DNA of 64,000 bases, from positions 1-64,000 of the IMG/VR virus record IMGVR_UViG_3300031718_000003. One strand, 5' to 3'. The first letter of the stretch is position 1; every line of letters begins with the position of its first letter. The translations under genes were made by a program, and so were the position numbers. Positions 40,237 through 52,080 of the stretch are shown piece by piece. This DNA comes from a virus. A model generated the notes under the pieces. That model made no database searches, had not been told where the DNA came from, and was given only the letters and a program-made list of their open reading frames with translations.

Positions 40237-41434
40237 GGGGTTCCTTTCTCATTTGCCGCGCGTAGAGAATCTGCATCGCTTCCTGGTTTTTACCCGCTGC
40301 CCTTCCGCCGCGCGGATCCGGCGGAATTGACTCCCATTGCCGGTTATCGATCATGTCGCTCAGGGTGGGTTTGCAGAATTGCCAGCCTTTTATATCCCAG
40401 TACACGGCCCATGCAGCGATGCCGGATTCAATGTCATCGAGACGCACGCCGAGTCTGACCGCATCGCGAATCATCGTCTGGCAGGTATCGCGGCTGGCCC
40501 GGCGTCCAGCGCCGGTTTTTTTCCAAGAACGAAAGAGCTTGTCGAAGCGTGTCCGAAATTCCGGGTCGGAGAGTGTAGGCCGAGGGGGGGGGAATTCGCC
40601 GCCCCCCGCTTGCGGGGGGTAGGGGGGTTTCTCCTTAGTAGTTACAGTAGTCACATCCTTATATGTAGTTATCGGGGGGAGAAAGTGTTCGAGGGTCTTT
40701 TCGATAAGTGATGCGACCCCGGCTTCGATCTCTTTTTCGATAAGTGATCGCTTATCGATTTCGATAAGTGATGGTAACTCGAGATGTAGTTTTCCCTTGC
40801 ATTTCCATTGATCCCCGTTTAGACTGTAAAGCGTTGATAGAGCGCAGTTTATGTGAAAATATTTCATTGAACACTTATCGCCCCCCGATAAGTGTTCCGT
40901 TCGATTTCCCAATGTTTTGGCACTTTTTCGATTTGCGCTCGGCTGGGCATAGAAAAACAGGCGTGTAGGAGAGCCGGGGCCACCTCTCGATCCACGGCGA
41001 ATCTCACCGTCTTCGGCCATCGCCGTCAGCTCTGCGGACACGTTCGGCAATAGAATCCCCGTGTCTCTCGCGGCGTCCTGTGGCCCGGCGGGGACTTTCG
41101 CCAACTTGCCTTGCCGGTTGACGAGTTTCATGGCTGTCCGGCCGTGAAAGCGCGGCACGCCGGCCTTTGTGATGGAGTGCTGAATACTTCCGATGCCAAC
41201 CGTGGCCAGAGTGAACCAGGCGCGTAACCGCTCCCGCCGGGAGCATAGGGGACTGCGCATGATGTATTCCGCCCGGCGGCGGATGTCCTGAAAATAGCGT
41301 CCGGCGTCAAGCCCTAGATCTTTCGCGAGCACTTCATCGCGAGCGAGCCCCAGGCGCCGTAGCCAACTGGGATGGTCGGGCCCTTCTTTACCGACGGGTT
41401 TTCTTGCCTGGCGTTCCGCGGCGGAACCGAGCAT
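40229..41434 (-). CDS. phage replication initiator with internal origin
   Basis: wHTH-like N-terminus, KPPYPP linker, C-terminal F...W.../K....WE domain; internal iterons. Confidence 0.65.
   Translation of the reverse strand: MLGSAAERQARKPVGKEGPDHPSWLRRLGLARDEVLAKDLGLDAGRYFQDIRRRAEYIMRSPLCSRRERLRAWFTLATVGIGSIQHSITKAGVPRFHGRTAMKLVNRQGKLAKVPAGPQDAARDTGILLPNVSAELTAMAEDGEIRRGSRGGPGSPTRLFFYAQPSANRKSAKTLGNRTEHLSGGDKCSMKYFHINCALSTLYSLNGDQWKCKGKLHLELPSLIEIDKRSLIEKEIEAGVASLIEKTLEHFLPPITTYKDVTTVTTKEKPPYPPQAGGGEFPPPRPTLSDPEFRTRFDKLFRSWKKTGAGRRASRDTCQTMIRDAVRLGVRLDDIESGIAAWAVYWDIKGWQFCKPTLSDMIDNRQWESIPPDPRGGRAAGKNQEAMQILYARQMRKEPRG
40698..40893. repeat. iteron cluster / putative origin
   Basis: TTTCGATAAGTGAT x3 (40698-40772), palindrome CACTTATCG-N5-CGATAAGTG, AT-rich patch. 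Confidence 0.7.
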
Positions 41435-43912
41435 CTCTTCTCTCCCTCTTTTCTCTCAGCGTGTGATGTAGGCTATCCAGGCGCTGAGGGAGCCGATAGC
41501 GAGGGCGACTGCTGTGGCGATAGTCCTGAGTTTTCGGGTGGTCATAAACACATTTCTTTCTTCGGGGTCGGTAGCCTGCACAGTTCGGCTATCCGCCGTT
41601 TGCGTTCGGAACGATCGAGCGATCAGACTCATGCCGCACCTCGCGCGATCTTCTCGAGCTGCCATTCGCGCACCAGCAGCTTGAGCACTTCCGATTGGCG
41701 CGTCCCGATCGTCAGATCGGCATACCAGTCCTTGACCGCGTGAGCCCAGACTTCGCGGCGCTCTATATCTTCGGCGTTTGCCTCGGCCCACTCGAGAATG
41801 CGCAGCTCCGCTTCGCGCAGGCGGTCACGCTCGGGTAGGGAAGTGGCGTTGCAAGTAGCTGGCGCGCTCATGACTCTCGCTCCTGGCTCTCCGTGATCCG
41901 GAAATGCTTCACGTTTCCGGCCATGGCCTCAAGCTGCTTCAACCGCGCCTTCATGTCCGCGAGATGTTGCTCGCCCTCCTCAATCCATTTTTTGAGCTTG
42001 GGGCGGTCCTCTTCAATTTGTTCGCGCGTTGGACTCAGGCGGCGCTCCAGGCGCTCGGCCTCCCGGCGTTGCTCCTCTTCTTCTCTTTGCTGCCGCCAGC
42101 GTTCGCGGCGCTGCTTACGGGTCTCGTAAAACTGCGGGTCACATAGCAAATCGGCTGTTTGTTTGATTCCGCGCTCGGCGCCGACCGCAAAACTGTGAGC
42201 TACATCGCGGACGACGCATTCCGTGTACGTGGTCAGCCAGCGCAAAACGTCGGGAGTTCGCAAGGATGCGGGTGCTCGGTTCGCATACCGCTCTACCAGG
42301 CATGCAGCCGAATCAAAATGATTTCGTTTTGAAACCGCAGGGGGCAATTGGGCGTTCTCCGCGCTCATACCGCCCCGCCCGCCGCACGCACGCGCTGGCG
42401 CGGATCGATGTAGCGATTGCGCTTGCGGTGTTCCTTTTGCTCCAGCTCCACAACTGCGCGCTCGTAGCTCTCGCCGAAGTGAGGAATGCGAATGTAGAGC
42501 GCGCTCTGCGTCTCCGGCGCCAGCCGGTGGAAGCAACGGCCACAGAATGCGTGCTTGCGCTTCTTGCTGCGCCCGCAGTGGCAGCGCTCGCTTTGCAGGA
42601 TGGCGTATTGCTCGCGCTCGGTGAGGGTTGTCATGCCGCGCCTCCTGTTTCAGGGCGACACGGAGCCCGCACCAGCGACGGCGCAGCGCGCCGAAGCGGC
42701 ATCAACAAAACAAGCTTTTCTAAGGGATCTCCGACTTGACTATCAAGCCGATACAGGACAGAATCAAAAAAGCACAGCATCGTGTTTGCCCTCCTTTTTT
42801 GGGCACAGCATCGTGTTTTGTGTACCTGTGGCTGGTTTGGTTTTCGTTCGCTCTCAAGCCCTTCGAAAAGTTTAGGAGTGAACGAAAGGAGGACTCAGTT
42901 GCGGGGGCGGCCTAGCGGCCGCCGGCATAATACACGTTGTCGGGAGGCTTTTCTCCCGGCGACCGGGTGAGTCAGCCTCCCGCGACTTAACCGTGACTTC
43001 CGATAACGAATAACTTGTCCCGGTAACTTCCCCACCCAATTTCCACTGCTGTAAAACGAGAGCGCATGAGGTGCGCCTCTCGTGCGCATGGCGCAAGAAG
43101 CTATGGAATACGTACGCGACATCTGCGAGGAGCTTCATTCACTCTCCAGAACCGAGAGCCTGGCGAGCGGGGGTGTTCTGAAGGGCCTTAGGGAAAGCCC
43201 ATCCCCCGCTGTCAGGATCCTTTACTGCTATCCAACGGGCTGGCCGGCCACGTCGAACCATTCCACTATACAGGATTCCACAAATTTCGCAATTGAGTTT
43301 ACTAGGGCATCCCCGTCGCCAATAAACTTCGGTAGGCGTTTTTCCAGGGTACGTCCACAGCAATTCCACCGCAAGGGCACCCGTCGTTTCCCGGTCACGC
43401 GATTCGCGCGAGCAGGCTGTCATCGAGCATCGCGCACAAACGCCGGTCACCCCCAACCGGAGCGCCTTCCAGCTCCATCTCGAGGAATCGGAGCACCCTA
43501 TCCCGCGCGCCCTCGTAGTCGAACGGAACAATGTGCTCGGGATCGGCGCGTAGTTCCCGGACCGCTATCGGCCGGATGGCCACAGCCCATTCATAGCCCG
43601 TGGCACGCACCTGGGCGAGATCGCGAAACTCGCGCCGCTCGCGGTCGTAGCGCCACAGTACCCAGAGATATTCCCGCCCGCCAGCGGACCCGGCATATTC
43701 GAGCAGAATCGCCGGCTCCGGGAGTTCCACTCGCGGGATGGCGTCGCCAGGCCGTAGTACTTTACCCTCGAAACCGAACCCGTCGAACGCTTTCGGATCG
43801 ACGCGGGACAGTACTTTGATCCAATCGCCCGCATGGCGTTTCCGCGCCGACCGCGGCAGCCGCACATCGTCTTCGCGGCAGATCGCGCGTCCGCGGATAA
43901 AGGGTTTGGGAC

Positions 43913-45031
43913 TTATATACATGACTCCCCGAGCCTCTGTATAGATTCTGCCGATGCTCCGACAGCGCTCATCCCGAGCGCAAGGTGATTCAAAGCTGCG
44001 TTGTGATCGCGTCCAAGCGTTAGCCCGCAGGCGCACGCGTGCGTTCGTTCGGCGAGCGTCTTAGGAACGATCTTTCCGCAGCCAGAACACTTCTGAGATG
44101 ACCGCCATGGATTGACCGGCACAGCCCAACGCCCAGCTTGTTCGGCTTTGTACGTCGTGCACCAGATCAATACTCCCCAGGCAGCATCCATGATCGACTT
44201 TGCAAGATTCGACCGCGCCATGTTGCGAATCGTTAAATCCTCATAGGCGATCAAATCGTAGTTTGAAACCAGCCACTTTGAAACGTGATGAATGTAATTC
44301 AGCCGGGCATTCGCAGCTCGCTGATGAGTACGCCGCAGCGCTTCACGGGCGCGTACGCGATTCTTTGAGCGTTTCTGCTTACTGGATAGAGACCGGCTCG
44401 CCGCCGCAATCCGGCGCTCGTGTTTCCGGGTCCAGCGCGGATTCTCGATGGCCGAGCCGTCGCTGAGCGTTGCGAGTGACGTTAAACCTACGTCGATTCC
44501 AACAGGATTCGAGACGGCGCACTTATCCGGCGCGGGGCCGGCGTCGCACACTACCGATGCCGTCCAGCGCTTGCCGCCGCGCTTGATCGAACAAACCTTC
44601 GCGCGCCCTTCAATCTTCCGGCCGCCGCGCGCGCGTATATCACCAACGTTGGGAATCTTAATGGACTTCTCCCGGCACACTGGGAGACCGAACGCGAAGG
44701 AATCGTAGCGCCGCCAGGATCGGAAGCGTGGAAACCCCGGCTTTTCGCCGGCCTTGCATCTCCGGAAGAAAGCTTTGAACGCCCGGTCCAGCCGCCGTAA
44801 CGGGTCGCGTTGGATATCGCACGCCATCCACTGGAATGCCGGATCTTTACGCAACTCCGTCAGTTCGTCCTGTTGATCGCGATATGTGATGCTTTTTCGG
44901 GCCATGCGCCAAGCGTCCCGTCTCTCCTGGAGCGCTGCGTTGTATGTCTCGCAATTGTCAGTCAGGATGCGTTCCAAGGCTGCCGTTTGCGCAGCATTCG
45001 GACGAAGACGGAATTGAAATGTCCTCAGCAT
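43913..45031 (-). CDS. tnpB: TnpB RNA-guided nuclease, no tnpA
   Basis: MLRTFQFRLRP, GFPRFRS, VGIDVGL, IAYEDL, SSQKCSGCG...RDHNAALN; D-E-D intact. Confidence 0.93.
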   Translation of the reverse strand: MLRTFQFRLRPNAAQTAALERILTDNCETYNAALQERRDAWRMARKSITYRDQQDELTELRKDPAFQWMACDIQRDPLRRLDRAFKAFFRRCKAGEKPGFPRFRSWRRYDSFAFGLPVCREKSIKIPNVGDIRARGGRKIEGRAKVCSIKRGGKRWTASVVCDAGPAPDKCAVSNPVGIDVGLTSLATLSDGSAIENPRWTRKHERRIAAASRSLSSKQKRSKNRVRAREALRRTHQRAANARLNYIHHVSKWLVSNYDLIAYEDLTIRNMARSNLAKSIMDAAWGVLIWCTTYKAEQAGRWAVPVNPWRSSQKCSGCGKIVPKTLAERTHACACGLTLGRDHNAALNHLALGMSAVGASAESIQRLGESCI

Positions 45032-45034
45032 AGG

Positions 45035-45352
45035 TCAGTCACGGGAATTATCTATATAAATCCCCTTATTTTCACATCCCACCAACCGTTCCCTCACGGC
45101 AAACAATACTGCTTCCACAACCGAGTGAATCCCAAGTTTCAGGTACAGCCGGCTTCGATGCGTATCAGAAGTTTTAGGTGAAATACCCATACGGAATGCT
45201 ACTTCCTTGTTGCTTAATCCATGGGCTAATAGGATGAGTACCTGGGTCTCTCGTGAGGTTAAGGATAGAACCTTTAAGATCTCGCTGCGTCCTTCTTCGG
45301 GGTGAGCCAGGAGCTGCTCCCGGCGGTCCGCCGTTTGCGCCTGTGGCGTCAT
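45035..45352 (-). CDS. LuxR-type HTH regulator
   Basis: LTSRETQVL...GLSNKEVA...ISPKT..THRSRLYLKLG. Confidence 0.8.
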   Translation of the reverse strand: MTPQAQTADRREQLLAHPEEGRSEILKVLSLTSRETQVLILLAHGLSNKEVAFRMGISPKTSDTHRSRLYLKLGIHSVVEAVLFAVRERLVGCENKGIYIDNSRD

Positions 45353-47823
45353 AGGGTATCCTTTGCATCGATTCTCCTGAGCAATTCACGCGCTCGTATC
45401 ACAGCGGGCGGATCATTACCTGGTTGGTCCCAGACCACACCGGAGCGATATAGGGGTCCCGCGATCCATGCGTCAAAGAGGCTAAGAAGATCACGGAGCG
45501 CCTGGGCCAGCTCCCCGTCAGCGGCTTGTGCCCGTGGTGTCATGCGGTCTCCTTTGCTTCGGGGTCAGTGGTTGTCGCACTGGGGCGATTCGCCGTTTGC
45601 GCCTGTGGCGTTGATGGATCAGGCGCAAACGTTGAGGGCTGACTGCTGCCGTCTACTGACCCCGAAGAAATCAGCGTTCGTGTCTGTGAAATTGTAGTCA
45701 CCTGGGGGTACCGTGTGTGCGTCTGGGCCCCGGATTCCCATTGAATAACCGTGCATTCAGGACACCTACGGATCTTGGAGGGCACTGGGAATACGTCCAT
45801 TTCCGCGCCGCACGCTGGGCACAGGTACGTCATTGGCGCCGCCCTCCTATCAGTCTCCGCACTGTCGCAAGAACCGCGACGGCAATCAGCAGACCGATCA
45901 TCAGATCGGTGTTAGGCGCATTCGGGATCTGACACTCGGCCAGGGCCATCTGACCAAAGATCCCGCCGGTGCACAACAAAATGATGAACACATATTCAGT
46001 CCAATCGCTTTTCATGCGCTCCTCCGCGCTGATAGTTGCCCTGCGGCGAAGCCGTGTTGCCGCACCTGGTGAAATAGGGCGCGCACGGCATTGTCTACCA
46101 CGAGGATGGCTTGGTAATCGCCCTGGTTCCAGCCGCACTGCGCCAGGCGCTGGGCCAAGTAGTGATTGACGCTGAGCAGAAAAGAGAGTGCGCTGAATTC
46201 GTTGCCATCGAATAGCAGGGAGTAGCGCAGCCACGCTATGTCGTCGCTGGGGCGGACATCGGGAACCTGCATCTGGCGACGAGCGCGGGCTTGATTGAAT
46301 TTCGTAAAATCGTTCGGCATGATTACTTCGCTTTCCGCCGCAGTGCGGCTTTCTCTCGCATCCGTTCTTCCGCTACACGCCGGGCTGCGAGCCACAGGGC
46401 AGCATCGTAGGCCAGGGTATAGCGCTGGCGCGTGCCCTTAAACCGCATCTCCATGTGCCGGGGATGCAGCGTCACCAGGAGCGGCTTGCCGTGGTCGATG
46501 AAGGCGGTTTCTCGGGTGAGTGGGGAGTCTGGTTTGATCAGGGTCATGAATCAACTTCTCTTTTCTTCCGGGTCAGTGGGCGGAAGCTGTGGCCGGTCCG
46601 CCGTTTGGGCCTGATCCGTCTTTCGCGGCCACCACGGAGAGTTGATGATCGGGTTGAGCGCGCATTGCATCCACCGCGGCTCCTGACCATTGATTTCCAT
46701 CTGGCAAGGGGCAAAGCGATCGGAGATCAGGGCGCATTCGTTACCACCCTGTCCCATGAATCGCCCAGCCATTAGCGCCACGTGGGACTTTCCGTAAAAA
46801 TGGCAGCTCATGCTATACCTCCGTCTCATCCGGCTCGACTTCCAGGATCTCGCCTACCGCCAGCAGGCGCTCGATATCCAGTTCCGCCTCGTGGGCGATC
46901 CTCGCGACGCGGATTCGGGCTTCTTCTCCGGTGTCGGCATCGATGTTCAACCAGACTGTCAGATTTACGAGAACTTTCATCGTCCTTCCCCCACACAGAG
47001 ACTGAGTTCCTTCTTTAACGGCGACGCGGGCGAGATCCTTTCCGCAAAGCCAGGCGGAAAAATATAGCACGGCGGGACGATGTTGAAGCGCGATCCGCAT
47101 TCCGGGTTGGCGCACATGATGTTCTCGCACATGCCGCCCTCCGGACCATGGAAAAAGCCATCCTTCCCATGACAGTCCGGGCATTTGCCGTTCGTGAAAA
47201 GACTCATCCTCAGGGCGTCCTCCTCCACGGCAGACTCTTCAGGCGCAAACGGTGGAGCACTGAGGGTGGAATCCTGGCTCACCCCGAAGCCATGAGCATT
47301 TTTATGTTTCACTGAACCTCCTTGGATTGACGAATTGTACGGCTAACAGGGTAAGGCAGCGCAATCTGCCCCTTCAACTCGCTCACCTCGAATACCCGAT
47401 GCGTTCCACGGCGATACGCCCGGCGGACGGCCTCCACGTGGCGCCGGCAAAGATTGGCACAGCCGGTTCCCCAAAAGCAGTGCTTGGCCGCTGGCTCGTG
47501 GCCATTGTCGAAGGCGCAGCGGTCGGTGTGGCGCGAGGGTTTCAAGTAGCAGGGCATCATAGCTGCACCTTGAAATTCGGCCCTGCTGTCTCGGGATGCT
47601 CGACCACGTACTCGGCTTGGGCCTTGGTGCAGGGATGGTAAACCACGACGACCGGTCCGTCCGTGCATACGTGGGATTTGTTGTTATACGCCCGCTCCAT
47701 CTGCCTCACGATGTCGTCGTCATCGAGCAACACCTCGAACAGCCCTTCGATGCGCCGGTTCATGCGGTCGGTGCAGCCGAATTGGAGATGAATGCGGCGG
47801 AGATTGCGTTTTTCTGGCATAAG

Positions 47824-48270
47824 CTAACTCCCTTTTTCTTCGGGGTCAGCCGGGTTCTTCTCCCGGCGGTCCGCCGTTTGCGCCTGGGGTTTCCAGTGGT
47901 AGATGTGGCCCTCGAAAGGCAGGCGCCCCGCCCAGAAGCCGATCATGTCCAGGAAGGAGTTGAAGCCGTCCCGGCGAGCGAGCAGCTCCTTTTCGGAGTC
48001 ATCGAGCGCCACGCCGTTAATGTATACGTCCGCATAGCAGCCGCGCGGGCCCGGCGCCATCCGGATTTCCTCCACCTTCACGCAGAGCGCCCGAAGCAGT
48101 AGTCGCGCTCCCTTGCGCCGCAGCCCCGTATACAGATGCATCGTGCCGCCGACGAGGTCTATCAAGCCTGGGCGTCCCCTGCGCGAGCGGCGCGGAGCGC
48201 GGATGGTATGCGTCTTCCGTCCGTCCAGGATGAACGGCACGAAGCGCGGCTGGAAATTGTAGATGCCCAT
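47824..48270 (-). CDS. ASCH/PUA-like domain protein
   Basis: F...ILDGRKTHTIR...LYTG.R...LARRDGF. Confidence 0.65.
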   Translation of the reverse strand: MGIYNFQPRFVPFILDGRKTHTIRAPRRSRRGRPGLIDLVGGTMHLYTGLRRKGARLLLRALCVKVEEIRMAPGPRGCYADVYINGVALDDSEKELLARRDGFNSFLDMIGFWAGRLPFEGHIYHWKPQAQTADRREKNPADPEEKGS

Positions 48271-48484
48271 TAGATCCCCTGTCCGTTCGGCCAGTCAGTG
48301 AATGGCTCACGTTCCCGAGTCAGTGGCTCGCCGAGTTCGAGGTATCGGTCGTCCCTCCACGCTCGACGCGCCTCGCGCAAACAACGCTGATGCGTTGGCT
48401 CGTCCAGGTATCCAGCGAATTGCCGCTCCCCATCGGCGAACTGGTCTCCGCACCAGTCGCATCCTCTCGACGCCATGTACACGC

Positions 48485-48871
48485 TCATAACGCCTTCCTC
48501 ACCTTCTGGCTGAACGCCTTCTCCTCCTGATACTCCTCCCTCAATTCCTGGATCGCATCGTCCAGATTGATGCCGTAACGCTGCTCCCATGCCCGCCGGC
48601 CATGTTCAATCGAGTAGCGCCCGAATCCGTGTAGGTGTTGGCATAGTGGGAGTGGTACCGTCCTGTGATCGTTTTTCTGCGCCCCAGCGCACTCTTTGAC
48701 GTGGTGGGCGGTGGTGTAGCAGCGTCCCGAGCAGAGCGGATCGTGCTCGGTGACGAGCGGGGCCTGGGCGTGAATCCAGTGGAGATATTTGCGGTCCACG
48801 GTCCTACCGCGACGCGGCCGCGCGCGCCGGAAGTTTGGGCGCACGCGGCGAAGGATGGAGAAGAAGCTCAT
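48485..48871 (-). CDS. DUF968/HNH-like protein
   Basis: YLHWIH..P...AHH...ND..TVPL...H. Confidence 0.55.
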   Translation of the reverse strand: MSFFSILRRVRPNFRRARPRRGRTVDRKYLHWIHAQAPLVTEHDPLCSGRCYTTAHHVKECAGAQKNDHRTVPLPLCQHLHGFGRYSIEHGRRAWEQRYGINLDDAIQELREEYQEEKAFSQKVRKAL

Positions 48872-49482
48872 TTGCGCACCAGCGACAGCTTACCGAAAGC
48901 CATTTCTGCGCCCATGACCGGCTCTTTCGCATCCAGGGCCTTCTTCACAGCAGTTTTGCTGATTACCAGCTTGGGATTCTTGACGGCTTCCAAAACCTTG
49001 GTATTCAGGTCGATGTCGAGCGAGCCGATCAGCTCCTCCCACAGCACGGCGGGTAGGCTGACGGTTGCTGTCTTGTAGTCGGCGGGCACGGCGGCTTCGT
49101 CCGTGATGTTTACCGTATCGGGGCATTGGCGTACGCTGAGTGTAGAGACGTTACCTTCCAATTTTCTGTAGCGCCCTTTCTCGTCCAGCCCGATCGCTTC
49201 GATGACGTGGCAGACATAGCCTTCGAGCCGTTCCTGCTGCCGCTCGTACCACGCTTTACGTTCTATGAGCCGCTTGATCTCCTGGGCGGCGAAAGCCTGC
49301 TGCATTTCCAGATGCGCGAGGTAATGCGCCACACGGTCCCGCTTGTCGGCCGCGGCGAGTAGTGCGGCGCCGAAGTCGGCCAGAAACTGCTCCTGCTGCT
49401 CGGGGGTCACGGTTTCGGTGGATTCCGCCAGGGCGAGGACATTGTCCTCGCAGTCGTATAAAGTCAACGCTTGGGCAGCCAT
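48868..49482 (-). CDS. Siphovirus Gp157-family protein
   Basis: EIKRL..RK, VNITDEAAVP..Y, ISKTAVKKAL...V.GA. Confidence 0.75.
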   Translation of the reverse strand: MAAQALTLYDCEDNVLALAESTETVTPEQQEQFLADFGAALLAAADKRDRVAHYLAHLEMQQAFAAQEIKRLIERKAWYERQQERLEGYVCHVIEAIGLDEKGRYRKLEGNVSTLSVRQCPDTVNITDEAAVPADYKTATVSLPAVLWEELIGSLDIDLNTKVLEAVKNPKLVISKTAVKKALDAKEPVMGAEMAFGKLSLVRK

Positions 49483-50438
49483 TATTTGGCCTCCTTTTCA
49501 GCGATCCCGACGAGCTCGCGGTATGCCTTTACTGCGTCTTCGGTTGAGGTGAATTGGGCGGCATTGGTCAATGACACGCCGGTGGCGCCGTGGTAGTGAT
49601 TCAAAACAGCGAAGTACTGGACTTCACCGACACGTTCACGGAGTTGATCCATGAGTACGATGAATTGCCGCTTGCCTGTCCATGGCTTAACAAAGGCAAC
49701 GCTTTTTGCTTCCGGGTGAGTGGTCGATTGCTGTGCGCTATTCGCCGTTTGGGCCTGAACTTTCGCTTTCAATTCGGCTTCGGCTTTATTGAACGCTTCG
49801 ACCTTGGCGTCCGCCACGGCCTTCTGGGCTGCGGTTGGGGTTACCGCCGGGCCGTCGGTGGCTTCCGGGTCGGAGGCGTTACGGCGGCGGCGCGTTTCCG
49901 TGGGCGGGGGATTATTGTCCCGGCCCTTGTAAACCTCCATGCCGATCCCCAGATGGGAAGCGATCTTGGTCAGGGCGTCGGTGCAGGCGCCCTTGTAGGC
50001 GTCGCCGCGATCCTCGTTGTCATTGCCGCCGTAGGCTTCCATGTGTATGCCGTAGCGCGGGACTGTGAAGTACGCCTTCATGACCACCATGGTGGCGGGA
50101 CGCTCGATGGTCTTTCCATCCTTGGTGATCGTCTTGGTGAATGCCTGGGACTCGACGAATTCGTACACTTCGTGCCATCCGCCTGGCCCGAAGACTTCGT
50201 TCAGCCGCTCGATGACGTACGCGGGCTTGATGCTGGACAGGTAGGATTTGGTGGGGTGCGGGGTAATCGCTCGCGCCGGCAGCGGGGCATTCAACTTCTC
50301 GATCATCGCGGGGGGTACTGGTTCCGGCTGTGCTGGAAGGACCACAGGGCGCGGCTGCTTCTCCTCGTAGACTTTCATGATGGAGGCTTCAAGCATGCGC
50401 TCCATATCGGATTTCGGGGTGAGTTCCAGGCTGCTCAT
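49482..50438 (-). CDS. Rad52/Sak-family single-strand annealing protein
   Basis: YVIERLNEVFGPGGW...AYKGACTDALTKIASHLGIG. Confidence 0.85.
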   Translation of the reverse strand: MSSLELTPKSDMERMLEASIMKVYEEKQPRPVVLPAQPEPVPPAMIEKLNAPLPARAITPHPTKSYLSSIKPAYVIERLNEVFGPGGWHEVYEFVESQAFTKTITKDGKTIERPATMVVMKAYFTVPRYGIHMEAYGGNDNEDRGDAYKGACTDALTKIASHLGIGMEVYKGRDNNPPPTETRRRRNASDPEATDGPAVTPTAAQKAVADAKVEAFNKAEAELKAKVQAQTANSAQQSTTHPEAKSVAFVKPWTGKRQFIVLMDQLRERVGEVQYFAVLNHYHGATGVSLTNAAQFTSTEDAVKAYRELVGIAEKEAK

Positions 50439-50783
50439 TTGCCTGCTCCTTTCGTCGCCAGCGCAAAACCGAAAAGAAACATTTCCAGAAGGTTGCAACC
50501 GGGCGCGGGAAGCGGTATGGTTTCCTGTATCCGATTAACGACGACAACATGATCAACCGGCCCTGAGCACTTATCGGCGTCGATAACTGATAGTGTTCGG
50601 GGCCGGGCTTCGGTCTTTAATTCCTGCATTTTGCTTCGCTCCTTTTCCCCCCTGTAGGGGAATCTCTGTACCGCAACCACTATAATGCGTAGCGGCTTCG
50701 CATGTCAAGGAAAAACTGCGGAGCTGCTGCGCATAAAAACCTTGCATTGCTGAGCGAACCGGCTTAGCATATACTTGTCGCTC

Positions 50784-50936
50784 ATGAGGAAGCGGCAAAA
50801 GGTGAAACTGATCGATCCTGCCAAGATTGGGAAAAAGGGAGGGAAGCAGCGCGCCAAGAACATGACGGCGCAGGAACGCAGCCAGAGCGCGCGCAAGGCA
50901 GCGCAGGCGAGGTGGAAGAAGGAAGCGGGCGCGTGA
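50784..50936 (+). CDS. small basic KGG-type protein, first gene of the rightward operon
   Basis: GKKGGKQRAKNMTAQERSQSARKAAQARW; similar to 61226..61486; next to the strand-switch region. Confidence 0.6.
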   Translation: MRKRQKVKLIDPAKIGKKGGKQRAKNMTAQERSQSARKAAQARWKKEAGA

Positions 50937-51199
50937 GGCTGAGGAAGCTGTGGCCTTGGCTGAGGGCTGTGGCGCTTTGGTTATTCAGCGTGGCGATACT
51001 GCTGGTCTGGAACCATGGGTTTCATTTGTTCTATCCCGACACCTGGGAAGGGTACCGGAACGGCCACTACAACAAGTCGGCGTTCTCGCTCGTGGTGCTC
51101 GCCGGGGTGACGTACTGGCTGGTTTGGATGACGCGAAAGAAGAAGGCGGGCGGCTAAAGAGGAAAAGCTCAAAGGCGAAGAAGAGGGAAAAAGCAGACT

Positions 51200-51745
51200 G
51201 TGGCTGAAGTAGGTCATCCATTTCGCTACCACTCAGGAGTGGTGAATACCAAGAAGGAAATCCTGGCGCGGGCCATCGAGCTTGTTCGGAACGCCATAAT
51301 CCTTGCGCCCGATCTCCCGTCCCATGCGCTCGCTGCGCAGGTCATCGAAGAGGCCGACCACGAGTTACTCTCCCCGCTCGGTACCGGTCTTGTGCAGACC
51401 TTTTTCGTCCGGTTGATTTATCAGGAACGTGCAAGGATTGCGCGCCAGGCGCAACTAAAGTTGCCGGGGTTTGAGGAACTTCCGCTCCGTATCTCGACTC
51501 CAGAGGGAGGCCGCCCGCTTCTGGAGAGGTCTAGAATTACGCAGGTACGCGGGTACTTGGTGGTCCTGAAAAAGCGTCACCATGAACGCTTAAGGAACGA
51601 TCCAAAAATCGCGCTGGTTGAGGCGCTAATCAAACGGATGCTCAAGTACACCCGCAAGCATCCGGGTATAACAGTTGGCGAAATCGTAAAACTGGAAGTG
51701 GAAAACCGGGATTTTACGCAGGGCGGTTTTACGGGAAATCAATAA
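51200..51745 (+). CDS. hypothetical protein
   Basis: ORF in rightward operon. Confidence 0.45.
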   Translation: MAEVGHPFRYHSGVVNTKKEILARAIELVRNAIILAPDLPSHALAAQVIEEADHELLSPLGTGLVQTFFVRLIYQERARIARQAQLKLPGFEELPLRISTPEGGRPLLERSRITQVRGYLVVLKKRHHERLRNDPKIALVEALIKRMLKYTRKHPGITVGEIVKLEVENRDFTQGGFTGNQ

Positions 51746-52080
51746 CTTGCAGAAATGCAATATATCCCAAACCCGCTACAGAAACGACGTGGGGCGAAAG
51801 AGGAAGGCGGCAAGAGTGAGTGACAACCAAAATGCAGTAGCCAGATGGAAGCGCTACCCGGTACGGATCAGCCAACTGATTGAAGAGTTACAGGAACTGA
51901 AGGCGGAGCATGGCGATCTCGAAGTCTGGCACGAGTACGATCCCCTCAGTTGCTCTGATGATCCAATACGCGAACCGGTCTTGCATATCGAAGAGATCGA
52001 CGATGCAGGCGACCAGGAGAGGAAGCGCGTGGTGATCGGTCGCGTTTGCGTGGACGACGTGGACGACGACGAAGATCCCG

